Positions 25,059-33,429 of a stretch of 43,394 nt of DNA are shown piece after piece. The notes under the pieces were generated by a model. That model was not told where the DNA came from. It searched no databases and saw only the letters and a program-made list of their open reading frames with translations. Both the position numbers and the translations under genes were made by a program. Source of the stretch: Actinomycetota bacterium (lineage in GTDB: Bacteria; Actinomycetota; UBA4738; CALAEC01); NCBI GenBank assembly GCA_050693275.1, contig JBOGWD010000229.1, forward strand, positions 1-43,394, read 5' to 3'. Every line of letters begins with the position of its first letter. Positions within the stretch are counted from its first letter, which is position 1.

Positions 25059-26021
25059 GTGATGGCCAGGGTCCCCGCCGAAGCCCGAACGCAGGTCCCC
25101 GAGTCGCCGTGGAGCCCGCAGGCGGCCGAGGCGGCCATGGTCCGCGTGACCCCGGTGGACGCGGTGGGCCTGGAGGAACGGGCCGCCTCGCTGGGCACCC
25201 GGTCGATCAAGCGTGAGTCCAAGCTGTACGCGCTCGACCTGGCGGTCCGGTGCGCCGACCTGACGACGCTGGAGGGGGCCGACACCCCGGGCAAGATCAC
25301 GGCCGTCTGTTCCAAGGCGGTTCGACCGGACCCCACCGACCCCACCATCCCGTCCGTGGCCGCCGTTTGCGTGTACCCCACGCTGGTCCCGGTGGCTGCG
25401 GAGCGGCTCAAGGGCACCGGGGTGAAGATCGCCAGCGTCGCCGGTGGCTTCCCGTCGGGCCTGGCGCCGCTGGACGAGCGGCTCGACGAGATCCGCCAGG
25501 CCGTGCGGTGGGGGGCCGACGAGATCGACATCGTCCTCAACCGCTCGGCGTTCCTGGCCGGCCGGTACCACCAGGCCTACGAGGAGGTGGCCCTGTCGAA
25601 GGAGGCCTGCGGCGCCGCGCACCTCAAGGTGATCCTGGAGATAGGCGAGCTCGGCTCGTACGACCAGGTCCGGAAGGCCTCGATGCTGGCCATGGCCGCC
25701 GGCGCGGACTTCATCAAGACCTCCACCGGGAAGATCGCCGCCAGCGCCACCCATCCCGGCGCGCTGTGCATGATGGAGGCCGCCCGCGACTTCCACCGCC
25801 AGACCGGCCGGGCCGTGGGGATCAAGGTCGCCGGGGGCATCCGCAAGGCCAAGGAGGCCTGGATCTACCTGGTGATCCTCCACGAGACCCTCGGTCCCGA
25901 CTGGCTCACGCCGGATCTGTTCCGCTTGGGCGCCTCGACCCTCCTCAACGACCTCCTGATGCAGATCCGCAAGGAGCGCGACGGCCGGTACCAGGGCCCC
26001 GACTACTTCACGATCGACTGA
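25059..26021 (+). CDS. deoC: Deoxyribose-phosphate aldolase
   Basis: Class I aldolase with the Schiff-base lysine motif DFIKTSTGK. A TATCAT hexamer (25032-25037) and a GGGAAGGA Shine-Dalgarno lie upstream. Confidence 0.9.
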   Translation: MMARVPAEARTQVPESPWSPQAAEAAMVRVTPVDAVGLEERAASLGTRSIKRESKLYALDLAVRCADLTTLEGADTPGKITAVCSKAVRPDPTDPTIPSVAAVCVYPTLVPVAAERLKGTGVKIASVAGGFPSGLAPLDERLDEIRQAVRWGADEIDIVLNRSAFLAGRYHQAYEEVALSKEACGAAHLKVILEIGELGSYDQVRKASMLAMAAGADFIKTSTGKIAASATHPGALCMMEAARDFHRQTGRAVGIKVAGGIRKAKEAWIYLVILHETLGPDWLTPDLFRLGASTLLNDLLMQIRKERDGRYQGPDYFTID

Positions 26022-27544
26022 TGCCGAAGAAGAGACGCGACGAGCTGGAGCGAGCCGACAGCCCCGCCTCCAGCGCCCTGGCCGAGCGGACGCCGTTCGT
26101 GTACGCGACGGCCCCCGAGTCCACCGAGATCGTCCGCATCGAGGACCGGTACGGCCTGTTCATCGGGGGCGAGTTCGTCGAGCCGAAGAGCGGGACGTGG
26201 TTCGACACGATCAACCCGGCCACCGAGGAGAAGCTCGCCGAGGTCGCCGAGGCCGGCCCGGAGGACGTCGACGTGGCCGTGACCACGGCCCGGGGATCCT
26301 GGGAGCGGTACTGGCGAGACCTCCCGGGCCGGGAGCGGGCCAAGTACCTGTACCGCATCGCCCGACAGATCCAGGAGCGGAGCCGGGAGTTCGCGGTGCT
26401 GGAGACGATGGACGGCGGGAAGCCGATCAAGGAGTCCCGCGATGTCGACGTGCCGCTGGCGGCAGCGCACTTCTTCTACTACGCGGGATGGGCCGACAAG
26501 CTCGAGTTCGCCTTCCCCGGCCGCCTCCCCAGGCCGCTGGGCGTGGCCGGACAGGTGATCCCGTGGAACTTCCCGCTCCTCATGGCGGCGTGGAAGCTCG
26601 CCCCGGCCCTGGCCACCGGGAACGCGGTGGTGCTGAAGCCGGCCGAGACCACGCCGCTCACCTCGCTGCTGCTGGCCGAGGTGATCCGGGAGGCGGACCT
26701 GCCGCCCGGCGTGGTGAACGTGGTAACCGGGGCGGGGGAGACCGGGTCGAACGTGGTCACGCACGAGGACGTCGACAAGGTCGCCTTCACCGGGTCCACC
26801 GAGGTGGGCAAGGTCATCCAGCGGGCCATCGCCGGCACCAGGAAGCACCTCACGCTCGAGCTGGGCGGGAAGGCCGCCAACATCGTGTTCGAGGACGCCG
26901 CCCTGGACCAGGCCGTCGAGGGCATCGTCAACGGGATCTACTTCAACCAGGGCCACGTGTGCTGCGCCGGCTCCCGGCTGTTCGTCCAGGAGTCGGTGTT
27001 CGAGCCCCTGCTGGAGCGTCTCAAGGACCGGCTGGCCACCCTCCGGGTGGGCGATCCGCTGGACAAGAACACCGACATCGGGGCCATCAACTCGAAGCAG
27101 CAGCTCCGCAAGATCGAGGAGCTGGTCGAGTCCGGCGTCGAGGAGGGAGCGGAGATCTACCAGCCGGCCTGCGACCTCCCCGCCCGCGGCTACTGGTTCC
27201 GGCCCACGCTGTTCACCGGCGTCGCCCAGTCCCACCGCATCGCCCGGGAGGAGATCTTCGGGCCGGTGTTGTCCGTGCTCACGTTCCGAACGCCCGAGGA
27301 GGCCCTGGAGAAGGCCAACAACACGCCGTACGGGTTGTCCGCTGGGGTGTGGACGGAGAAGGGCTCCCGGATCCTGTGGATGACCTCCCGGCTCAGGGCC
27401 GGCGTGATCTGGGCGAACACGTTCAACCGGTTCGATCCCTCCAGCCCCTTCGGCGGCTACAAGGAGTCGGGGTTCGGGCGCGAGGGCGGGCTGCACGGGC
27501 TGGAGCCGTATCTCGAGTTCGAGGGGAACGGCCATGCCGGCTGA
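26021..27544 (+). CDS. NAD(P)-dependent aldehyde dehydrogenase, full length (507 aa)
   Basis: ELGGK catalytic Glu motif, NQGHVCCAGSR catalytic Cys motif, and FTGSTEVG. ATG 26021 overlaps the deoC stop (TGATG). Confidence 0.9.
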   Translation: MPKKRRDELERADSPASSALAERTPFVYATAPESTEIVRIEDRYGLFIGGEFVEPKSGTWFDTINPATEEKLAEVAEAGPEDVDVAVTTARGSWERYWRDLPGRERAKYLYRIARQIQERSREFAVLETMDGGKPIKESRDVDVPLAAAHFFYYAGWADKLEFAFPGRLPRPLGVAGQVIPWNFPLLMAAWKLAPALATGNAVVLKPAETTPLTSLLLAEVIREADLPPGVVNVVTGAGETGSNVVTHEDVDKVAFTGSTEVGKVIQRAIAGTRKHLTLELGGKAANIVFEDAALDQAVEGIVNGIYFNQGHVCCAGSRLFVQESVFEPLLERLKDRLATLRVGDPLDKNTDIGAINSKQQLRKIEELVESGVEEGAEIYQPACDLPARGYWFRPTLFTGVAQSHRIAREEIFGPVLSVLTFRTPEEALEKANNTPYGLSAGVWTEKGSRILWMTSRLRAGVIWANTFNRFDPSSPFGGYKESGFGREGGLHGLEPYLEFEGNGHAG

Positions 27545-28406
27545 GCGCGAACGCCTCTCGGTCCGGAAGACCTACAAGCTGTACGTCGGCGGCGACTTCC
27601 CCCGGTCGGAGTCCGGACGGTCCTATCCGGTGTCGGATCGGAACGGGGAGGTGGTGGCCCGGGCCGCCCGGGCCACCCGGAAGGATCTCCGGGAGGCGGT
27701 CCGGGCCGCCCGCGGGGCCTTCCCCGGCTGGTCCGGGGCCACCCCCTACAACCGGGGCCAGGTCCTGTACCGGGTGGCCGAGCTGATGGAGGGCCGGCGC
27801 GACCAGTTCGTCGAGGAGATCGCCCGGGCCGGCGCCACGGATCCTGAGGCCGGGGTGGACGCCTCCATCGACCGATGGGTGTGGTACGCGGGCTGGGCGG
27901 ACAAGATTCACCACGTCCTCGGGTCCGTGAACCCCGTGGCCGCGCCGTACTTCAACTTCACCATCCCCGAGCCGACCGGCGTGGTCGGGATCGTGGCCCC
28001 GCCGGACGCGCCCCTCCTCGGACTGGTGTCGCGCTTGGCCCCGGCCGTGATCTCGGGGAACTGCACGGTGGTGCTGGCCAGCGAGCCGTCGCCGCTCCCG
28101 GCCATCACGCTGTCCGAGGTGCTGGCCACGTCCGACGTCCCCGGAGGGGTCATCAACATCCTCACCGGGTACACCGCCGAGCTCGTGCCGTGGCTGGCCG
28201 GGCACATGGACGTCAACGCCATCGACATCACGGGCATCCCGGAGGAGCAGCGGGCCGAGGTGGAGCGGCTCGGCGCGGAGAACGTGAAGCGGGTCATCCG
28301 GGCGGAGGGTCCGGAAGCCGAGTGGCTCGACGACGCCGCCCAGAGCCCGTACGCGGTCACGGCGTTCATGGAGATGAAGACCGTCTGGCACCCCATGGGC
28401 GCGTGA
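27534..28406 (+). CDS. Aldehyde dehydrogenase-like protein lacking the catalytic domain (290 aa)
   Basis: The ALDH N-terminal/NAD-binding region is recognisable (KLYVGGDF..., WSGATPYNRGQVLYR, GVVGIVAPPDAPL). ELGG is replaced by RAEG and there is no catalytic Cys segment. The C-terminal strand FMEMKTVW is retained. Confidence 0.7.
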   Translation: MPAERERLSVRKTYKLYVGGDFPRSESGRSYPVSDRNGEVVARAARATRKDLREAVRAARGAFPGWSGATPYNRGQVLYRVAELMEGRRDQFVEEIARAGATDPEAGVDASIDRWVWYAGWADKIHHVLGSVNPVAAPYFNFTIPEPTGVVGIVAPPDAPLLGLVSRLAPAVISGNCTVVLASEPSPLPAITLSEVLATSDVPGGVINILTGYTAELVPWLAGHMDVNAIDITGIPEEQRAEVERLGAENVKRVIRAEGPEAEWLDDAAQSPYAVTAFMEMKTVWHPMGA

Positions 28407-28744
28407 GCGACGAGACCAAGCGACTCCATCCCCTCTCCCAGATCGCCCGGTTCATCGGGCGGAGCGGCAAGCGCATCGCGGTCACCGTCCTCGGGTTCGC
28501 CCTGCTCATCGCGGGCCTGGTGATGATGGTTACGCCGGGGCCCGGCGTCCTGGTCATCGTGACCGGGCTGGCCATCCTGGCCACCGAGTGGGCCTGGGCC
28601 GAACGGGCCCTGGACCGGGCCAAGGCCGGGGGGAAGGTGGTCCTGGACCAGGCCACGGCCTCGCCTCTCCGTATCGCGCTCTCGGTGGTGGTCACGCTCG
28701 GCGGCATCGCCGCGGTCCTGGTCTACTTCCTCGTCATCCGGTAG
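28403..28744 (+). CDS. PGPGW-motif small membrane protein
   Basis: Two TM hairpins with MVTPGPGVLVIVTGLAILATEWAWA. GTG 28403 overlaps the upstream stop (GTGA). Confidence 0.6.
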   Translation: MSDETKRLHPLSQIARFIGRSGKRIAVTVLGFALLIAGLVMMVTPGPGVLVIVTGLAILATEWAWAERALDRAKAGGKVVLDQATASPLRIALSVVVTLGGIAAVLVYFLVIR

Positions 28745-28783
28745 CGGGCATCCGGGCCGCGTCCGGTTGGTACCATTCCGGCG

Positions 28784-29536
28784 ATGCCGCTGTACAAGGA
28801 GCAGGGGATCGTCCTGGGCTCGATCAAGCTCGCGGAGGCCGACAAGATCGTCACGATCCTCACCCAGGGCGAGGGGAAGGTCCGGGCCGTGGCCAAGGGC
28901 ATCCGCCGCACCACCTCTCGGTTCGGGGCCCGGCTGGAGCCATTCACCCACGTCAGCCTGATGCTGTACCGGGGACGGAACCTCGACACCGTGACCCAGG
29001 CCGACATCCTGTCGCCCTTCCGGGCCGTGCGGGAGGACTTCGCCCTGTTCTCCGCCGGCGAGACCATGCTCGAGGCCGCCGACAAGGTGGCCGAGGAGCA
29101 CGAGCGCAACCTCCGGCTGTTCCTGCTCCTGCTCCAGGGCCTCCGGGCCCTGGAGACCGGGCCGGCCGACCCGGCCGCGGTGGCCGAGGCGTACCTCCTG
29201 CGGCTCCTGGGCCTCTCGGGGTTCGGGCCGGCCCTGGCGGCGTGCGCCGTGTGCGGTTCCACCGACGTCCGCCGCTTCTCGGCCTCCCAGGGCGGAGCCG
29301 TCTGCCAGGACTGCCAGGATCGCGAGGCCCGCCGGGTGAACCCCGCGGCCCTCCGGTGGCTGGCCGGGCTGGAGGCCGGCGACCTCGAGGCGGCCGGGCA
29401 GGCGCCGGTGGCGCCGGAGGTCCGGGCCGAGGCCAGGGCGATGCTGTACGGCTTCAGCGAGTACCACCTGGACCGCCGTCTCCGGAGCCTCCCGCTGCTG
29501 GCCCGCACCCGCCCCACGCCGGCACCGGCCCCATGA
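28784..29536 (+). CDS. recO: DNA repair protein RecO
   Basis: N-terminal OB fold (GIVLGSIKLAEADKIVTILTQGEGKVRAVAKG) and a C-terminal Cys4 zinc motif (CAVCG...CQDC). Confidence 0.9.
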   Translation: MPLYKEQGIVLGSIKLAEADKIVTILTQGEGKVRAVAKGIRRTTSRFGARLEPFTHVSLMLYRGRNLDTVTQADILSPFRAVREDFALFSAGETMLEAADKVAEEHERNLRLFLLLLQGLRALETGPADPAAVAEAYLLRLLGLSGFGPALAACAVCGSTDVRRFSASQGGAVCQDCQDREARRVNPAALRWLAGLEAGDLEAAGQAPVAPEVRAEARAMLYGFSEYHLDRRLRSLPLLARTRPTPAPAP

Positions 29537-30267
29537 GCTACCTCCAGGACCTCGACCCGAGCCGGATCCCCACCCACGTGGCCATCGTCATGGACGGCAA
29601 CGGGCGGTGGGCCGCCCAGCGTGACCTGCCCCGGACCAGGGGCCACGAGGCCGGGGAGCGGGCGCTGTACGACGTCGTGGAGGGTGCTCTCGAGATCGGC
29701 CTGCCGTACCTGACCGTGTACGCGTTCTCCACTGAGAACTGGGACCGGCCCGCATCGGAGGTTCGCTTCCTGATGAACTTCAACCGGACCCTGATCCGGG
29801 CCCGCCGGGACGAGCTCCACGAGCGGGGAGTGCGGATCCGGTTCCTGGGCCGGCGCGACTGGCGGCTGCCCCGCTCCGTGCAGCGGGAAATGGAAGCGGC
29901 CGAGGACCTCACATCGAGGAACGCCACGATGCAGCTCGGCATCGCCCTGAACTACGGCGGCCGGGCGGAGATCGTCGACGCGGTCCGCTCGCTGTTGGAG
30001 GAACGCGGGGGAAAGCGGGGACGCGGCCAGCGGGTCACCGAGCGCAGCATCGCCCGGCGGCTGTACGTTCCCGACTTCCCCCAGCCCGACCTGCTCATCC
30101 GCACCAGCGGCGAGATGCGGACCTCGAACTTCCTCCTGTGGCAGGCGGCCTACTCGGAGCTGTGGTTCACGCCGGTGCTGTGGCCCGACTTCAGCAGGGA
30201 GCACCTGTTCGAGGCGATCCGCGACTACCAGAAGCGGGAGCGGCGGTTCGGCGGTGTGACCGAGTGA
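29533..30267 (+). CDS. uppS: Isoprenyl (undecaprenyl/decaprenyl) diphosphate synthase, cis-prenyltransferase
   Basis: HVAIVMDGNGRWA, YAFSTENW, and RTSGEMRTSNFLLWQ. The ATG overlaps the recO stop (ATGA). Confidence 0.92.
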   Translation: MSYLQDLDPSRIPTHVAIVMDGNGRWAAQRDLPRTRGHEAGERALYDVVEGALEIGLPYLTVYAFSTENWDRPASEVRFLMNFNRTLIRARRDELHERGVRIRFLGRRDWRLPRSVQREMEAAEDLTSRNATMQLGIALNYGGRAEIVDAVRSLLEERGGKRGRGQRVTERSIARRLYVPDFPQPDLLIRTSGEMRTSNFLLWQAAYSELWFTPVLWPDFSREHLFEAIRDYQKRERRFGGVTE

Positions 30268-30725
30268 CGCACTACTTCGCGTACGGATCGAACATGGACC
30301 CCCGGATCATGCACCGGGCCGTGCCCAAGGCCAGCGTGGTGGGGCCGGGGCGTCTGGACGGCTTCCGGCTCGAGTTCAACGTGTACTCGGACCGGTGGGA
30401 GGGCGGCGCGGCGAACCTCGAGCCCGACGAGGACGCCCACCTGTGGGGCGTGGTGTGGGAGATGGAGCCCGACGACCTCGGCAAGCTCGATACCTACATC
30501 GGGCACCCCACGTTCTACCGCCGCGAGGACGTCGCCGTGCAGGTCGGTCGGGACCCGCTCGAGTGCGTGACGTACCGGGTGGCCCATCAGCGCGGCTACG
30601 TGCGGCCCACGAACTCCTACCTGGCCCGGATCCGGGGGGCCATCCGGCTGCAGGGGCTGCCCCCGGAGGCCCTGGACATCGTGGAGGCGGCCGCCGAGCC
30701 GCCCAAGCCGCACATCTCAACGTGA
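30264..30725 (+). CDS. Gamma-glutamylcyclotransferase/AIG2-like protein
   Basis: YFAYGSNM start motif and the overall GGCT-like pattern. The GTG overlaps the uppS stop (GTGA). Confidence 0.75.
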   Translation: MTHYFAYGSNMDPRIMHRAVPKASVVGPGRLDGFRLEFNVYSDRWEGGAANLEPDEDAHLWGVVWEMEPDDLGKLDTYIGHPTFYRREDVAVQVGRDPLECVTYRVAHQRGYVRPTNSYLARIRGAIRLQGLPPEALDIVEAAAEPPKPHIST

Positions 30726-31489
30726 CGGGCCGGCCGAGGCTGTACGGGGAGCTGGCCTCGTGGTTCCATCTGCTCACGGCGCCCGAGGAGTACGCGGACG
30801 AGGCCGGGATCTACCGGGCGCTCCTCGGAGAGGCCTCCGACCGGCCCATCGAGACCCTGCTCGAGCTCGGCAGCGGGGGAGGGAACAACGCCTCCCACCT
30901 GAAGCGGCACTTCACCATGACCCTGACCGACCTGTCGCCGGACATGCTCGAGATCAGCCGCCGGATCAACCCCGCGTGCGAGCACGTCGAGGGCGACATG
31001 CGGACCCTCCGCCTCGGCCGGGAGTTCGACGCGGTGTTCGTCCACGACGCCATCGACTACATGACCACCGTCGAGGATCTGCGAGCCGCCATCGAGACGG
31101 CGTTCGCCCACCTTCGGCCCGGCGGGGTGGCGCTGTTCGTGCCCGACTACGTGAAGGAGCGGTTCGAGCCGCGGACCAGCCACGGCGGCAACGACGGCCC
31201 GGCCAGCGCGCTGCGCTACCTCGAGTGGGTGTGGGACCCGGACCCGACCGACGCCGCGTACCTGGTCGATTTCGCCGTCCTGCTCCGTGAGGCGGACGGC
31301 ACGGTCAGGGTGGACCACGACCGGCACGAGTGCGGGGTGTTCCCCCGGGGCACGTGGCTGGGTCTCCTCGAGGATGCGGGCTTCACCGCCGAGAGCCGGG
31401 TCATCCACCACGTGTACGAGGAGGTGGCCTCCGAGGCGTTCCTGGCCGTGTCTATGCCGTCTCGGACCGATCCAGCTCGGGGAGGGTGA
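30722..31489 (+). CDS. Class I SAM-dependent methyltransferase, TylM1/DesVI-like
   Basis: YGELASWFHLL..., motif I LLELGSGGG, and GDMRTLRLGREFDAV...HLRPGGVALFVP. The GTG overlaps the upstream stop (GTGA). Confidence 0.75.
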   Translation: MTGRPRLYGELASWFHLLTAPEEYADEAGIYRALLGEASDRPIETLLELGSGGGNNASHLKRHFTMTLTDLSPDMLEISRRINPACEHVEGDMRTLRLGREFDAVFVHDAIDYMTTVEDLRAAIETAFAHLRPGGVALFVPDYVKERFEPRTSHGGNDGPASALRYLEWVWDPDPTDAAYLVDFAVLLREADGTVRVDHDRHECGVFPRGTWLGLLEDAGFTAESRVIHHVYEEVASEAFLAVSMPSRTDPARGG

Positions 31490-32591
31490 CCGACGTGGGG
31501 CCGAGCGGCGCCGGGCGTCCGAAGAGGAATCCCTGGCCGTAGGCGGCCCCCACTCTCCTGAGCGACCCCACCTCCTCCCCGGTCTCGATGCGCTCGGCGA
31601 CAACCAGCGCGCCCAGCTGCTCCGAGCAGGCCACCACCCCCCGCGACAGGGTGAGGCGGGGCCGGCTCAGCTCGGCACCCCGCCACAGCGAGTCGTCCAG
31701 CTTGACCATGTCGGGGGAGAGCGTCACGACGTGCCGGAGGGTGGCGAAGCCGGCCCCGACGTCGTCGATGGCCACCCGTCCCCCGCGGGCCCGGATCGCG
31801 GCCAGGGGCCGGGTCAACCGCTCGTAGTCCCGCACCTCCTCGTGCTCGGTCAGCTCGATGACAAGCCGTGTCCACGGTAGGGCGTCAATGAGCCCCGCGA
31901 ACTCCTCCGACTGGAGCGCGTCCGGGGAGAGGTTCACGGACTGGAACAGTCCCGTGGGAAGCCTCCGGCCGGCATCGACGGCCTTGGTCAGGGCGGCCAT
32001 CTCGAGGTCGACGCCGAGACCCGCCTCCCGGGCCTGGGCGAACCATCGGTCGGTGGGCTGATCGATCTCCTCGGGGAACCGCGCCAGGCTCTCCATCCCC
32101 ACGACCCTGCCGGTCGAGAGCTCCACGATGGGCTGGAAGTGCACCGCCAGCCTGTCCTGCTCGATCACTCGCCGGATCGTCGCCTTCAGGCCGCGGGCCC
32201 GGCCGACGGCCTGGGGAGTCCCGAGCTCTGCCGTGCGGCGCAGGCCGAAGAGGACGGCGGCGAGCTCGCCGACGAACAGGAAGGAGAAGGCCCGGACGAG
32301 CCAGAGCTCGGTCGCCTGCGGGACCGCGGTGACGGTGTCGAAGGGGAGGAGCGGGCCGGCCAGCATCGTCGACGCCAACGCGGTCACGGCGGCGCCCGCC
32401 GGTCCGAACCTCGCGGCCGCGTACAGGATGGGGACGTAGAACCAGTGTCCGGCGCCCCACTGCGCGCCGATGCGGAGGCCGAAGCTCCAGCCCAGCACGA
32501 GGAGCAGGCAGATCAGGAGAGCCGCGGCCCTATCCGTCAGCCGTCGCTCCGTCGGTGCCACGTTCGCTGCCATACAGAGTGAGTACGACAC
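31452..32591 (-). CDS. Membrane-anchored stand-alone EAL-domain protein (putative c-di-GMP phosphodiesterase)
   Basis: About 4 N-terminal TM helices. EAL-domain motifs are FQPIV, ESLAR (an EAL variant), NLSP, ELTEHE, DDVGAG, KLD, ERIETGEE and QGFLFGRP. Confidence 0.85.
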   Translation of the reverse strand: MSYSLCMAANVAPTERRLTDRAAALLICLLLVLGWSFGLRIGAQWGAGHWFYVPILYAAARFGPAGAAVTALASTMLAGPLLPFDTVTAVPQATELWLVRAFSFLFVGELAAVLFGLRRTAELGTPQAVGRARGLKATIRRVIEQDRLAVHFQPIVELSTGRVVGMESLARFPEEIDQPTDRWFAQAREAGLGVDLEMAALTKAVDAGRRLPTGLFQSVNLSPDALQSEEFAGLIDALPWTRLVIELTEHEEVRDYERLTRPLAAIRARGGRVAIDDVGAGFATLRHVVTLSPDMVKLDDSLWRGAELSRPRLTLSRGVVACSEQLGALVVAERIETGEEVGSLRRVGAAYGQGFLFGRPAPLGPTSVTLPELDRSETA

Positions 32592-32706
32592 GGGGAGTCG
32601 TCTCCCTGCCTGCTCCGACGAACAATGCGACGAAGGGACGAGAATCAGCCGAACGCTGTCGGCCGAATGGCGGAACGGTGTGGGCCGACCGTCGTGGCTC
32701 TTGCGG

Positions 32707-33366
32707 CTACCCGGGCAGGTCCAGGGCCGAGCGCACCGCCTGATCCTCCAGGGACGTCACCACGAGGTCGGCCTCGACCTCGAGGTCCGGGAGATAGGGG
32801 ATCCCGATGACGTACAGGCCGGCGGCCCTGGCCGACGCCGCGCCCCTGGGCGAGTCCTCGACGGCCACGGCGCTCCCCGGCACCGTCCCCAGGCGCCGGC
32901 ACGCCTCGAGGTACAGGTCCGGGGCCGGCTTGGGGCGGGGGACCTCGTCCCCGGCGATCACGGCGTCGAAGGCGTCGGCGAGTCCCGAGCCGCGGAGGGC
33001 CAGGTCGACCAGGCGCCGCTGGGAGTTCGACGCCACCGCCATCGGTCGGCGGCGGCCCCGGAGCTCGGCGACCAGCTCGAGTGCGCCGGGCATCGGCTCC
33101 ACCGGTCCGGCGAACTCCTCCGCCGCGAGCTCCAGCAGCTCCTGGAGGAGGTCGTCGGAACCCCCCGGCCGGTCCAGGAGCCCCTCCAACGCGCCGGCCG
33201 TCTCCTCCAGCGAGCCCCCGATCAGCCGGCGCTTCTCCTCGATCCCGTACGTCCGTCCGTACCGGGCGAACAGCCGGGTCTCCGCTCGGGTCCAGGCGCT
33301 CTCGCTGTCGAGGAGCACCCCGTCGCAGTCGAAGACGATGGGCGGCTCGGGGGTCGGGGGGCGCAT
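32707..33366 (-). CDS. HAD superfamily hydrolase (beta-phosphoglucomutase-like subfamily IA)
   Basis: Motif I is FDCDGVLLDSE, motif II is ASNS, and motif IV is VEDSPRG. Confidence 0.85.
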   Translation of the reverse strand: MRPPTPEPPIVFDCDGVLLDSESAWTRAETRLFARYGRTYGIEEKRRLIGGSLEETAGALEGLLDRPGGSDDLLQELLELAAEEFAGPVEPMPGALELVAELRGRRRPMAVASNSQRRLVDLALRGSGLADAFDAVIAGDEVPRPKPAPDLYLEACRRLGTVPGSAVAVEDSPRGAASARAAGLYVIGIPYLPDLEVEADLVVTSLEDQAVRSALDLPG

Positions 33367-33373
33367 CGACCGG

Positions 33374-33380
33374 TAGGATA
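33374..33380. promoter_or_regulatory. Overlapping divergent candidate -10 boxes: TAGGAT (+, for glyQS) and TATCCT (-, for a leaderless HAD gene)
   Basis: Plus-strand TAGGAT is at 33374-33379, 50 nt before ATG 33430, which has a GAAAGGAG Shine-Dalgarno. Minus-strand TATCCT is at 33380-33375 and ends 8 nt before ATG 33366. Confidence 0.35.
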
Positions 33381-33429
33381 GTGCTCACGCCAGCGGCCGC
33401 AGCCGGCGGCCGGGAAAGGAGCTTCTGCG

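Noticed and set aside
25250-27544. A 764-aa plus-strand ORF, and similar long N-terminal extensions in 9692-10975, 10747-12195, 12702-14057, 13609-14841, 22591-23178, 22941-24059, 28588-30267, 30138-30725, 30395-31489, 36487-38079, 40504-42207 and 40618-42357
   Set aside because: In each case the recognisable protein begins at an internal ATG or GTG that overlaps or abuts the upstream gene's stop. The upstream extension is R/G/P-rich and overlaps another real gene in a different frame.
26003-30204. Long minus-strand ORFs 26003-27535, 27908-29467 and 28723-30204
   Set aside because: They are antisense to the ALDH genes, recO and uppS, which all carry diagnostic motifs. These are GC-shadow ORFs.
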